A stretch of 64,000 nt of DNA from Promethearchaeota archaeon (GCA_016839585.1 JAEOTZ010000041.1:3159-67158), one strand, 5' to 3'; positions 18,883-28,551 are shown, numbered from the stretch's first letter. Translations and numbers: made by a program. The notes: a model not told the origin generated them from the letters alone.

Positions 18883-19992
18883 TTATATAGGTTTTAACTT
18901 ATTTTTTACATAATCGAAACAGATCTCAATTGGATTGTCAAATTGGTTAATTTTTTCTTTAAAAGAGCTAATCTTAAATCTATCGGGGGATGGACCTTGA
19001 TTAAGGATATCTATAGTCCTATTAACCAATTGGTTTGACTCTCGTATATGTTCTAGAGGAAATCCATTTTTTATTAAAAATTTTTCCTGTGGTGCAGATT
19101 CTCCTGGGAAAAATTCGATGCTAGGTACATTTAACAAACTTGATTCACGTACAATGGTTCCCCCCCCACTAATTATTAAAGCTCCATAGAAACATAAATC
19201 GACGATTTTTGGTAAATATTGAGTTATGATGACATTTTTTTCTTTACTAAGAATTTTAAGTCGGTTTAAAAGGAATTGTTCTTGTTTTTTTGAACGAACA
19301 AGAAGGAAATATTTATGATTTGGAAATTCTTTGAAAATTTGAGGAAAAAATTTAACAATCATAGTTTCTTCTGGTTTAAGTTTATCAATCAAATAACTAG
19401 CATATGTAGGCTCAGTTCTCATTATCAAGTATTTTCCCTTTTCTAAATCGAATCTCTCAAGAATCTCAGGATTGGGAGCATATTCTGAAAGCCAACCAAT
19501 TTCATCAACTCCATTATACCTAATAAGTTTCTCAAGATCGGCATAAAGTTGGATATACAATTCTTTAGGGATACATTCGGGAGTTATTATATTTCCTATG
19601 AATGGGTGTATTAACTTACATACAGGTTTATTGCGAGGTTCGTCATTAAATCCTATTGAAGGAATTTGTAATCCATATGCGATTCTTGCACCCTCTATCG
19701 ACAAAAAAGTAACAAAATAGTCTGGTGAAAATTTAATAATTAGAGGAAATAATTGTTTTAAGCGAGTTATATAAGTTTCCAATTTGTCTTCTAATTTTTC
19801 ACCTCCATGTCTACCAATTTTTTTGTATTTTACTCCAAAGTCATCCAAAATTTGATATGTTGAATCATAATCTCTGGCTGTTATTAAAAGATCTAAACCT
19901 TCTTTTTCAAACTTTTTAATTAGGGACTTAAACATTATGGCCGTTTTAGGTTGTTCAATGTCTATCCAAATCCTTTTACTAAATAGGCTCAT
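18883..19992 (-). CDS. DUF354-family protein (GT-B/epimerase-like)
   Basis: RIWIDIEQPKTAIMFKSLIKKFEKEG...ITARDYD resembles the DUF354 N-terminus. The internal Met at 19992 is preferred over the ORF-track start at 20106. Confidence 0.55.
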   Translation of the reverse strand: MSLFSKRIWIDIEQPKTAIMFKSLIKKFEKEGLDLLITARDYDSTYQILDDFGVKYKKIGRHGGEKLEDKLETYITRLKQLFPLIIKFSPDYFVTFLSIEGARIAYGLQIPSIGFNDEPRNKPVCKLIHPFIGNIITPECIPKELYIQLYADLEKLIRYNGVDEIGWLSEYAPNPEILERFDLEKGKYLIMRTEPTYASYLIDKLKPEETMIVKFFPQIFKEFPNHKYFLLVRSKKQEQFLLNRLKILSKEKNVIITQYLPKIVDLCFYGALIISGGGTIVRESSLLNVPSIEFFPGESAPQEKFLIKNGFPLEHIRESNQLVNRTIDILNQGPSPDRFKISSFKEKINQFDNPIEICFDYVKNKLKPI

Positions 19993-20123
19993 AGTATGCA
20001 CTAAAATGAAATAATAATTAAAGGGTTTATTAAAAATACAGTTATGTTTTATAGAAATTTTATAACTATTTAGGATTTTCTTAAATTTAAAATGTTTATT
20101 CTTCAAATTTCGAAATAAATCAG

Positions 20124-20417
20124 TTATTTCTCACAAATACAAGGATTAGATTTGCATTTAATGCACATATTAGGATATTTTTTTAATAGAGCATCTTCAA
20201 GGTCAATATCTAATAAATTTGCTAATGAGCTTGTCCAAGCTATAATATCAGCAAGTTCTTCAGAAGCTTTTTCTCTATCAATAATAGGATTATGGATAAT
20301 ATTCGCTAGTTCTCCAATCTCTTCTATTAACCAAATAAATGTTGCATTAATTCCTCTTATATAATCTTGTCGAAAGTAAAGATCTTTTATTAAGCTTTGA
20401 AATTCAGTAATTCTCAT
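20124..20417 (-). CDS. MazG-like nucleotide pyrophosphohydrolase
   Basis: EEIGELA and EELADII acidic helices of the all-alpha NTP-PPase fold. Starting at Met 20417 removes the overlap with secG. Confidence 0.65.
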   Translation of the reverse strand: MRITEFQSLIKDLYFRQDYIRGINATFIWLIEEIGELANIIHNPIIDREKASEELADIIAWTSSLANLLDIDLEDALLKKYPNMCIKCKSNPCICEK

Positions 20418-20464
20418 ATTTTTTATTAATACTTCATTAAAGTAAAATAAAAAAAGAAATAACT

Positions 20465-20686
20465 TTAACCTCCTCCAGGAGTAAATAACCAATCAAAGAT
20501 ATGCGCATGAGCAAGAATTACGATTAGAATTAATGAAATAGATAATATTAGTGCACTTATAGGTCCCACTTTGATGCCTATTGAACTATCCTCAAAGAAT
20601 CTCATTAATCCAGCTCCTCCCATTGGCATTGGAGCACTCCCGCTTCTTCTTTTCTTACGCCTTGATTGACTTGTGCGAGACGACAT
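20465..20686 (-). CDS. secG: preprotein translocase subunit Sec61beta
   Basis: 73 aa. Basic N-terminus, GGAGLMRFFEDSSIGIKVGP motif, then a single C-terminal TM helix. Confidence 0.8.
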   Translation of the reverse strand: MSSRTSQSRRKKRRSGSAPMPMGGAGLMRFFEDSSIGIKVGPISALILSISLILIVILAHAHIFDWLFTPGGG

Positions 20687-20839
20687 TTTTAAAAAAATCC
20701 AATAATTAATTAATATGTATTAAATAAATAACCAAGAAAATATAAAATTTTATCTGAAAGTTTAAAAATAAAATTTTAATAAATTTTTATAAATTGTTTT
20801 AATTAATTTTAGATAATTTTAAAAAGATTAAATAATCAA

Positions 20840-22678
20840 ATGATAAGAAAAAACATTTTAATATTTTTTACCGTTTTTCTATTATTTATTGTAGCATACC
20901 CTTTCATTTCAAAACAGCCAGATTTAAATTATACATATCAAAATGGTAATCAAAGCCCTAAGTTTTCTGTTAGCTTGGAAGGAGCAGAAAATATATTAGT
21001 TACCCGCTTAGATAGATGGGGGAATATAAGTGGCTATGGTTTAGTAAGTATAGAAGATAAACTATCTATTAAAAATTTAAATAATAATCCGATAACGTCC
21101 ATTTTTATAGGAATTCCTCTGAACCATTCAGATGATTTAATTTTTTTTGAGACTACCGGATTAGAGGGAAACACACTATTAACTGAACGTTCTTATATGA
21201 TTCAAAGTGATTTTGAAATGCTAGCTATATATTTTGATTCTCCTTTATTACCGTATCAATCAAAAACAATTAAATTCACACATATTTACAAAAATCTTGT
21301 GTCATACAGCTTCATAGATAAGCAATACATTGAGTTTAATGGTTATGTTTATCCTTTTTTACCCTATAAAATGGAAAGTGATTTAACTACTACATATCTC
21401 GTACCAAGAATCTCAGAGATTGAAACAGGCGATTGGGGTGAGGTATATCCAGATCGATACTTTGTTAGATATTTCTTTGATGAACTTAGAGATGATCTTG
21501 GTATTGAATATATATCACCATTTCAAGAAAATTTAGGAGATAAAAAAGATATAACTATAGTTTTTACTAATGATGACTATACAAAAATGGAAGTAAATGA
21601 AATCAATCGAGAATTTTATATATCACCTTGGGGCATAATAAGAGTGAAAGAGGATTTTCTGATGCAAAATTTAGGTATAATGGATATCAATACTTTTTTA
21701 CTAAATATACCTCGAGCTGCTAGAGATATATATGTCTATGATGATTTAGGCGAAATATTAGGAACTAGAATAATAAAAAGCTCCACACATAAAGAGTTGA
21801 CAATTAACCTGGTAACAAACCGTGTAAAATTGACACCAAACTCTTCGTTTAGGTTTAAATTGCGATATTATTTGCCTTTCGAGAAATATATTTCATTTAA
21901 CTGGTTTCAAGAATCAGTTCAAATTAATATTCTCTCAACTTCATTTGAATATTTAGGTAGACAACAAACTGTTAAATTAACCATTGATGGCTGTTATAGT
22001 ATAGATTCCATTACTAAACCTCCCGAATCCATCCAAAAGTCTCATGGTGCTACGATAATTGTTTATAAATTTAACTATGTTGCTCCAATAGAAGAAAATT
22101 TAATTCAATTCACGTTTACCATAGATATTTTTGATATTCTTTTAAGACCTATTACTTTTATACTCATAATTTCTTTAATAGCAACATTTTACGTTTTAAT
22201 AATTAAATTAAGAAAAAGAGAGTACGATTTAGTTGAAATCAAAAAAGAACTTCTCCTAGTAAATGAAATTCGAGAATTTTGTTCTTTATATGAAGAGAAA
22301 AATGCGCAATTTTTAGAGATTAAACAAGCTGAAGATGATGCAAAAAGAAAGAAAATGGCAAAGAAAAATTATAAAAATATATTAGAAAAAAATACTGCAA
22401 AAATCGAAGAAATCCAAAAAGAAATTGCTCCATTTAAAAAAGTTTTAATGGAAACAAACGAAACTTTTAAGAGTATCATAAAAAAATTAGACATTTTAGA
22501 AGCTGAACGAATAAGCGTTAAAGATAGTTTGAATCTATTAGAAACGCGGTACAAACGAGGAAGGTTACCTTCTAGAGCTGCTTATTTGAAGTTATCAGAT
22601 GATTTCAAGAAAAGGGGAAAAAAAATAGATAGAAATATTGATAAATTTATTCAGCAATTAAGAAGTTACCTCCTATAA
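20840..22678 (+). CDS. ribophorin I (OST1)-like membrane protein
   Basis: Signal/anchor, ~400-aa exoplasmic domain, one TM (ITFILIISLIATFYVLII) and a ~165-aa coiled-coil tail. ISPWGIIRVKEDFLMQNLG resembles ribophorin I VSHWGNIAVEE..L.HTG (from memory). Confidence 0.6.
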   Translation: MIRKNILIFFTVFLLFIVAYPFISKQPDLNYTYQNGNQSPKFSVSLEGAENILVTRLDRWGNISGYGLVSIEDKLSIKNLNNNPITSIFIGIPLNHSDDLIFFETTGLEGNTLLTERSYMIQSDFEMLAIYFDSPLLPYQSKTIKFTHIYKNLVSYSFIDKQYIEFNGYVYPFLPYKMESDLTTTYLVPRISEIETGDWGEVYPDRYFVRYFFDELRDDLGIEYISPFQENLGDKKDITIVFTNDDYTKMEVNEINREFYISPWGIIRVKEDFLMQNLGIMDINTFLLNIPRAARDIYVYDDLGEILGTRIIKSSTHKELTINLVTNRVKLTPNSSFRFKLRYYLPFEKYISFNWFQESVQINILSTSFEYLGRQQTVKLTIDGCYSIDSITKPPESIQKSHGATIIVYKFNYVAPIEENLIQFTFTIDIFDILLRPITFILIISLIATFYVLIIKLRKREYDLVEIKKELLLVNEIREFCSLYEEKNAQFLEIKQAEDDAKRKKMAKKNYKNILEKNTAKIEEIQKEIAPFKKVLMETNETFKSIIKKLDILEAERISVKDSLNLLETRYKRGRLPSRAAYLKLSDDFKKRGKKIDRNIDKFIQQLRSYLL

Positions 22679-22714
22679 TTATATTACAAAAAAACTTTAG
22701 ATGTGCTCTTATTC

Positions 22715-23338
22715 ATGAAACCTTGGCTTTTCGATATATTAGCATGTCCAATAGATAAAAGCTTTCCCTTAAAACTATTTATTTTCTCTTTTGAAACTAA
22801 AACCGAAGAATTTCAATCAATAATTAGCATATATGAGAAAAGAGATATAAATTACATTAAAAAAGAAAAAATAATCGAAATTTCAAGGGAAAATGGTACA
22901 GTTTATCTGAAAGATAATATAATTATGGAAAGAGTTCAAATTGAAACTTATCTTGAATTAATAATTTCCAGTATTAATGAATTAGACTATATTTTTGATA
23001 AAACAGATAATAAATTAAGTAAAAAATGTTTTGAAATTATAAAATCAAAAGTAAAAACTAAACTCATAGAGTTCTCCAAAAACATAAATCCTGACCAAAT
23101 TGACCATTTATTACCTGAGCTCTTTTTTTTGAATAAAATAAAATTAGAAATTGAAATTGAATCAGGTTTATTGTTTTGTAAAAATTGCTATCGATGGTAT
23201 CCCATAATAGAAACAATACCACAAATGCTACCTGATGAATATAGAGATGAAAAAAAAGATATTGAATTTCTAAAAACCAACAAAAATTTATTAGATGATG
23301 AATTTTTAAATCAAAATCTCAAACCTTTTAGTTTATAA
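22715..23338 (+). CDS. Trm112-like protein with large central insertion
   Basis: N-terminal LFDILACPIDKSFPL and C-terminal LLFCKNCYRWYPIIETIPQMLPDE are the two halves of the Trm112/DUF343 zinc-ribbon-like fold. They are separated by ~140 aa. Confidence 0.6.
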   Translation: MKPWLFDILACPIDKSFPLKLFIFSFETKTEEFQSIISIYEKRDINYIKKEKIIEISRENGTVYLKDNIIMERVQIETYLELIISSINELDYIFDKTDNKLSKKCFEIIKSKVKTKLIEFSKNINPDQIDHLLPELFFLNKIKLEIEIESGLLFCKNCYRWYPIIETIPQMLPDEYRDEKKDIEFLKTNKNLLDDEFLNQNLKPFSL

Positions 23339-23367
23339 TTATTATTCTAAAAACTTAACAAATTTCT

Positions 23368-23470
23368 AGCCCGGTGGTGTAGATCGATATATCTCTGATA
23401 TATTGGGCATAATGGCCAAGCATCTGGGGCCTTGAACCCCGTGACCACGGTTCGAATCCGTGCCGGGCTA
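23368..23470 (+). tRNA. tRNA with apparent anticodon TTG (Gln), carrying a 30-nt D-loop intron
   Basis: Hand fold, parts in order: acceptor AGCCCGG/CCGGGCT plus discriminator A. D stem GTGT/GCAT with D loop AG^TGGCCAA. Anticodon stem TGGGG/CCCCG with loop CCTTGAA. Variable loop TGAC and T arm CACGG-TTCGAAT-CCGTG. The mature length is 73 nt. Position 33 reads C rather than U, so the isotype needs software confirmation. Confidence 0.8.
23383..23412 (+). other. non-canonical tRNA intron (D-loop, between positions 15 and 16) with BHB motif
   Basis: Central helix GTGT 23377-80 / GCAT 23407-10. Bulges AGA 23381-83 and AAT 23411-13. Inner helix is 10 bp, 23384-93 / 23397-406, with loop TCT. Confidence 0.75.
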
Positions 23471-23617
23471 TTCTTTAACTAATTTCAAGCTATTTAATAT
23501 ATAAAATCTTAACAAAAAAAAAATAAAAAAATATAATAAATCAAATATTTTATTTTTTCATCTTGAAGCTTGAGCTATTGATAACTTCATAAAAAATTTT
23601 AAATAGTTTATAAAATC

Positions 23618-24988
23618 ATGATTCTATTATCAGAATTGCATTGGAATTTTCTGGAAATATTCTATTTAATAATTATTTTTATTATTGTTTTTTTAACGAC
23701 ATATTTTATCCTCCCCTTTATAATAGAATTTATGAAAAAGAAAAAATATGTGGGATATGATATCCATAAAAATGCACACCCCGAAATTGCTGAATCTGGT
23801 GGACTTAGTATGGTTATTGGATTTACTATTGCCTCAATTTTATTGATGGTATTCTTTCCTGATTTTTTTAAAGAAACTATAATTTTTTTACTTACAGTTT
23901 TATTAGCTGGAGCAATAGGTTTCATTGATGATAGAATAAAATTCAAGTCAGGTTATAAAATTATTTTATCAATTTTTTCTGGTAGTGCTATATTTTTAGC
24001 AAATTATTTCAAGTATATCAATATTAATTCTCCGTCAATTCCATTTCTAGATAAAACAAGATTAACCATTATTTATCCACTAGTTTTGCCAATAATTATT
24101 GCAATATTTGCCAATACGGTAAATATGTTAGAAGGTTATAATGGTGAAGGCTCTGGAACATGTTTAATTGCGGTAACTTTTTTGCTTATATGTGGTGTAT
24201 TATGGAATTCTGCTGAAGCCATTATTTTTACCATTCCAATAATTGCTGTTATTATGCCTTTTTTTATATATAATAAATTTCCATCTAAGGTTTTTCCAGG
24301 AGATATAGGGACTTTAAGTATGGGAGCAATGGTCGCGGGTATTGCATTATTTGGTTCACTTGAAGTTGCTGCATTTTGTGCGCTTTTAATTCACATTTTC
24401 AATAGTTTTTATGTAATTTATTCCGTTCGTGGTTTTCTTGAAAGTAGCGATATAAGAGAGAAAAAGGAGGATATTATCTTACTAGAAGATGATCGAATAA
24501 AAGCTTCAGATCAAAAAGATGCAGCTCTCACATTGCCAAGGTTAATATTAGCAAAAGGGCCGTTAACAGAACCAGAATTAGTTAGAAACTTTTATGCAAT
24601 TTCTATTATATGTGGATTATTTTCAATTGTATCTGTTCAATTTTTGCAATTTACTTCAGAAAATATTAATATATTTTTTGTTGCTCTTACTATTCTCATA
24701 CTTGCTATCCCTACTTCTTTCTTATTGTATAAATTTCCTAGAATCCGAGGGATAATTCTATTAATGATAATTTTATTAGTTTCAGGAATTATTTTCTTAA
24801 TGATAGTTGAATTTGTTATCCTTCAGCTTCCTTTTGCCATAATTAACTTAGGAGAAATAGAAATTCCTATTAATCTATTATTCATTTTTTTACTGTTTAT
24901 TATTGGATTTATCGCATGGTATTATATTACAATCAGATATTTTTGGAACCAAATTAGTAAGATGAAAAGATTGGAAATTAAAGAATAA
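23618..24988 (+). CDS. aglH: polyprenyl-phosphate GlcNAc-1-phosphate transferase (AglH/Alg7/MraY-WecA family) with C-terminal multi-TM extension
   Basis: GFIDDRIKF, NTVNMLEGYNGEGSG and VFPGDIGTLSMGAM motifs. At 456 aa it is ~130 aa longer than typical archaeal AglH. Confidence 0.7.
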   Translation: MILLSELHWNFLEIFYLIIIFIIVFLTTYFILPFIIEFMKKKKYVGYDIHKNAHPEIAESGGLSMVIGFTIASILLMVFFPDFFKETIIFLLTVLLAGAIGFIDDRIKFKSGYKIILSIFSGSAIFLANYFKYININSPSIPFLDKTRLTIIYPLVLPIIIAIFANTVNMLEGYNGEGSGTCLIAVTFLLICGVLWNSAEAIIFTIPIIAVIMPFFIYNKFPSKVFPGDIGTLSMGAMVAGIALFGSLEVAAFCALLIHIFNSFYVIYSVRGFLESSDIREKKEDIILLEDDRIKASDQKDAALTLPRLILAKGPLTEPELVRNFYAISIICGLFSIVSVQFLQFTSENINIFFVALTILILAIPTSFLLYKFPRIRGIILLMIILLVSGIIFLMIVEFVILQLPFAIINLGEIEIPINLLFIFLLFIIGFIAWYYITIRYFWNQISKMKRLEIKE

Positions 24989-25012
24989 GGTTAAGATTTA
25001 AAGGTAATTCTG

Positions 25013-27559
25013 TTGAAAAAATTTATAAGGATATTTCTGTTTTTAGTTTATATTTTTGGAACAATTGTATTCTTTTTCTTAATTAATTTTTTACTATTAC
25101 AATTAACTTGGCTTCAACTTCTAAAAGATTGGAGTTTCTTAGTTACAATATTATTTTATATTTTAACAATTGAGGAATTTTATCATTGGGCGAAAAACGG
25201 TAAAAGAAGCGAGATGAGTGATATAATCGCTATTTTCTTTTTCTTTTTTCTTATATTTTTCTTTTCAAAAGACTTGCTAACCTCGATAATGGGAGCATTT
25301 TCAATATATTTATGGATAGGAATTTTTGAATTAAAGGATTATCCGGTTATTAACAAAATTTTAATCATCTCTTTAGTGACTTATAATGTTATCTTTATTT
25401 CTGGCATAATTTCATTTTATTTAGACGATCCTTTCTTTATAAATACAAGTTTTGCTTTTTCTTTTTGGATTATTCTAATTTTAGGATTTATACTTTTTGG
25501 TAGAAAATATATGGTAGTCTGGCGATTTATGAGTCCAGAATATTTAACTTTATTATTATATATTATAGCTTGGTTAGCAGTTGTATTTATTAATCAATAT
25601 ACACCTATTAATTTTCAAGTAAATAAACCTCTTGATATAAAAAAATTTAGATTGCTCGATTTTTTTATGAATATATATTTTATTTTAATTATAGTCAATT
25701 GGTTTATCTATTTCATTTCTGGAGAAATCTTAGATAAGTTACTTGGAATTAAAAAAGTAGAAAACACCGAAATTTTAGAATTAGTAAAAAGTGTAAAACA
25801 AGATATTGGAATAAAAGGTCATGTTAAGGTTGGGTTTGGGAACTATCCAATTTTAAATGCTATGGCTTATGGTTCTATTTTTGACAAAAGAATTGGTATT
25901 ATTGCTGAAGATATTAATCAAATTCCTGAAGATGAGCTAAAAGGTATAGTTGCTCATGAATTGGCTCATACAAAAGGAAAACATACACTTATATTAACAT
26001 TCATTACCACAGGTGATTTATTAATAAGAATGTTATTAGGTATACCAGCAACTTTTTATGACTATACCTTTGCTGATCCTCAAATTCCAATGATTGCTTT
26101 CATCTTTTTAAATTTGTTCATATACATAATTCTTTTTATATTCGTTCGAATTTTAGAAGGAAAAGCAGATTTGAGAGCAAAAAAATCAGGTTATGCAAAT
26201 GAGCTCGTTAAAGCCCTCTATAATTTGGAGAGTTTTTATGCTACCGGTAGAGAAATCGGGCTTAACACTATGCTTTTATGTGAAGAAAAAATCTCAAAAG
26301 ATAATCAACTTCTCGATTATATGAACACCGCAAATTATTTATATCGCTCAATGATAAGACCCTCTAAAGCTTCACTTTTAGCAAATTTTATAAATTCACA
26401 TCCTCCAAGTTTTTATAGAATTGCCGCAATATTAAGCGATGAATTAAAACCAAGTAAGGAAGCAATTCTACCATTTATTTGTTTAAAAAAGTCAAAACAA
26501 AAAAAATATGCTAAAAAATTTGAAAATTCTAGATATATATTTAAGAATATAGCAAATGAAAAATTTAAAGAATTTTTTAAAATTAATGATATCTCATTAT
26601 TGATGGATAAACTTGGAAGAAAAGAAATATACAAATTTGACCTTGAGAAAGATTATATCTTTAAAAATAAAATAACAGATGAAATTGTAATTGGTAAATT
26701 AAATGATATTAAATTTATTGATGATATATGTGATAGCGATCAATATATTATTTCTAATTTAAAATCCAATGAAGAAAATTTCTTAAACTCGTCAATGTAT
26801 TCACTTATTCAAATTGATTTGAATGAAACATATTTTTTCCAAAATGATAATCCCTTAATTTTAACGGATATTGAATTTAAGGATGATAATAAAAATGGAT
26901 ACTATATCTTTATGAATAAGAATCGTTCTAATGTTCAAAAATCGATTTTAAAAACTAAATTACCAAATTCAATAGTATTAATTCAAAATTTTAAAGATCA
27001 AGATGTATTTCTAAGATCAAAAGGAGAATTAAATATATATAGATGTGTAAATATCGTAGGAGCTGAATATCTGGAAGATTTTAAGATTTTTCTTTCCGAC
27101 TCGACTAAAGCTGAAAATCAAGATCAAGAACATTTGAATTATGCTCTTAGTGAATTAATTATCCGCCCTAAAAAGATATATTTAGCCATAAGCAAAAATG
27201 TTAAATATAGAAAATCTGAAGTTAAAGTTATTAGATGGTTGATGGATACTAATATAAGAGCATATTTTTATCTGAAAAAACCTGTAAATAATTTAGAAAT
27301 TGGTTATATTCAGCAAGTAAATGTAGAATTAAAAAATTTAGAAAAAAACTCAAATAAGAATGAAGAATACAATGAAGATATAATTACTATTAAAAACATA
27401 TTTGGTAAAGATAAAAGAATCCTATATAAAACGATAGAATTAATTAGTTTTGTATACAGTAGTGCAATGATTCAGACTAAATCTTCAACAAGCTTTTCTA
27501 GTCGTTTAGGGTATAGAATCTTGAAGAAATTTAAGCCGGAAAGAATTATAATAACTTAA
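25013..27559 (+). CDS. M48-family (HtpX/Ste24-like) membrane Zn-metalloprotease with ~370-aa C-terminal domain of unknown function
   Basis: Multi-TM N-terminus, HELAH (HExxH), downstream LEGKADLRA (third ligand region) and NSHPPSFYRI. TTG start. Confidence 0.65.
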   Translation: MKKFIRIFLFLVYIFGTIVFFFLINFLLLQLTWLQLLKDWSFLVTILFYILTIEEFYHWAKNGKRSEMSDIIAIFFFFFLIFFFSKDLLTSIMGAFSIYLWIGIFELKDYPVINKILIISLVTYNVIFISGIISFYLDDPFFINTSFAFSFWIILILGFILFGRKYMVVWRFMSPEYLTLLLYIIAWLAVVFINQYTPINFQVNKPLDIKKFRLLDFFMNIYFILIIVNWFIYFISGEILDKLLGIKKVENTEILELVKSVKQDIGIKGHVKVGFGNYPILNAMAYGSIFDKRIGIIAEDINQIPEDELKGIVAHELAHTKGKHTLILTFITTGDLLIRMLLGIPATFYDYTFADPQIPMIAFIFLNLFIYIILFIFVRILEGKADLRAKKSGYANELVKALYNLESFYATGREIGLNTMLLCEEKISKDNQLLDYMNTANYLYRSMIRPSKASLLANFINSHPPSFYRIAAILSDELKPSKEAILPFICLKKSKQKKYAKKFENSRYIFKNIANEKFKEFFKINDISLLMDKLGRKEIYKFDLEKDYIFKNKITDEIVIGKLNDIKFIDDICDSDQYIISNLKSNEENFLNSSMYSLIQIDLNETYFFQNDNPLILTDIEFKDDNKNGYYIFMNKNRSNVQKSILKTKLPNSIVLIQNFKDQDVFLRSKGELNIYRCVNIVGAEYLEDFKIFLSDSTKAENQDQEHLNYALSELIIRPKKIYLAISKNVKYRKSEVKVIRWLMDTNIRAYFYLKKPVNNLEIGYIQQVNVELKNLEKNSNKNEEYNEDIITIKNIFGKDKRILYKTIELISFVYSSAMIQTKSSTSFSSRLGYRILKKFKPERIIIT

Positions 27560-27576
27560 AAAAGTTTAAAATAAAT

Positions 27577-28527
27577 GTGTATTTCAAAAAGTTAACAATG
27601 ACAAGTAAAATCAGAGGTATTTTATATCTTCTACGCATTCGACAATATTATAAAAATGTGATGATTTTCGTTGGGATTTTTTTTAGTGAAAGACTATTTG
27701 AAACATCCCTCTATTTTCCTCTAATAGTAGGGTTTATTTTGTTATGTTGTGCCTCTTCATTTAATTACATTATCAATGACATAAGAGATATTAAAACTGA
27801 TAAAAAACACCCAGAAAAATTGAGAAAAAAACCACTTGCATCAGGAGATTTACCAATATATCTTGCAATACTATTATTAGTTGCGTTATCAGCAATTATG
27901 GTTTCGTCTCTGATCTTTTTGATCCCTAATTTGGGTTTTATTCTTACGATAGTCTTAGTAATCATAACAGGTCAACTTTATAATCACCTTTTTAAGAATT
28001 ATGCTTTCATTGATATACTTGTTTTATCTACCGGATATCTGTGGAGAGCATTGGCAGGATGTGCAATAATCGAAGAATTTGTTTCAGCTTGGTTATTTTT
28101 AGCTATTTTTGAAATAGCCATGTTTTTAAGTATAGCTAAACGAAAAGGAGATTTGGAATTTCTTGGAAAAGATAGAGCTGTTGAACATAAGAAAATATAT
28201 GACCAATATTCTCTAAAATTATTAGATCAATTTCATGTTATTATTGCCGGCTCTCTATTTATGACCTATTCTCTTTATTTAATCATCAAATTAAATCTTG
28301 ACCCCAATCTTTCACCTGAACCAGGTGTTCCTGAACTTTATGAATATATTGCAATACTCACTATCCCTATTTCTCTATATATTCTCATGAGATATATGTA
28401 TTTAATTTCAGCTAAGCCAAAAATCGCTCGCAATACAGAGAGAGCCTTTCTAGATAAAGGCATGATAATTGCAGCATTACTACTTATTGTAATTCTATTT
28501 TTCTCATTTTATCTTGATAAATTATAA
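27577..28527 (+). CDS. UbiA-family prenyltransferase, decaprenyl-phosphate phosphoribosyltransferase-like subgroup
   Basis: NYIINDIRDIKTDKKHPEKLRKKPLASG matches the ND..D...D..HP.K..RP.A.G motif of DPPR synthases. Multi-TM. The start is GTG 27577 or ATG 27598. Confidence 0.6.
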   Translation: MYFKKLTMTSKIRGILYLLRIRQYYKNVMIFVGIFFSERLFETSLYFPLIVGFILLCCASSFNYIINDIRDIKTDKKHPEKLRKKPLASGDLPIYLAILLLVALSAIMVSSLIFLIPNLGFILTIVLVIITGQLYNHLFKNYAFIDILVLSTGYLWRALAGCAIIEEFVSAWLFLAIFEIAMFLSIAKRKGDLEFLGKDRAVEHKKIYDQYSLKLLDQFHVIIAGSLFMTYSLYLIIKLNLDPNLSPEPGVPELYEYIAILTIPISLYILMRYMYLISAKPKIARNTERAFLDKGMIIAALLLIVILFFSFYLDKL

Positions 28528-28551
28528 ATATTATTAAACTAACAGAAAGAG

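Noticed and set aside
19993-20106. N-terminal extensions given by the ORF track for the DUF354 ORF (to 20106), the MazG-like ORF (to 20492, overlapping secG), the TFE-beta-like ORF (to 45110), eS4 (from 60288) and leuS (from 6490).
   Set aside because: The extended parts are hydrophobic or low-complexity read-through of intergenic or neighbouring sequence. Internal Met codons coincide with the start of family-conserved sequence and remove gene overlaps.
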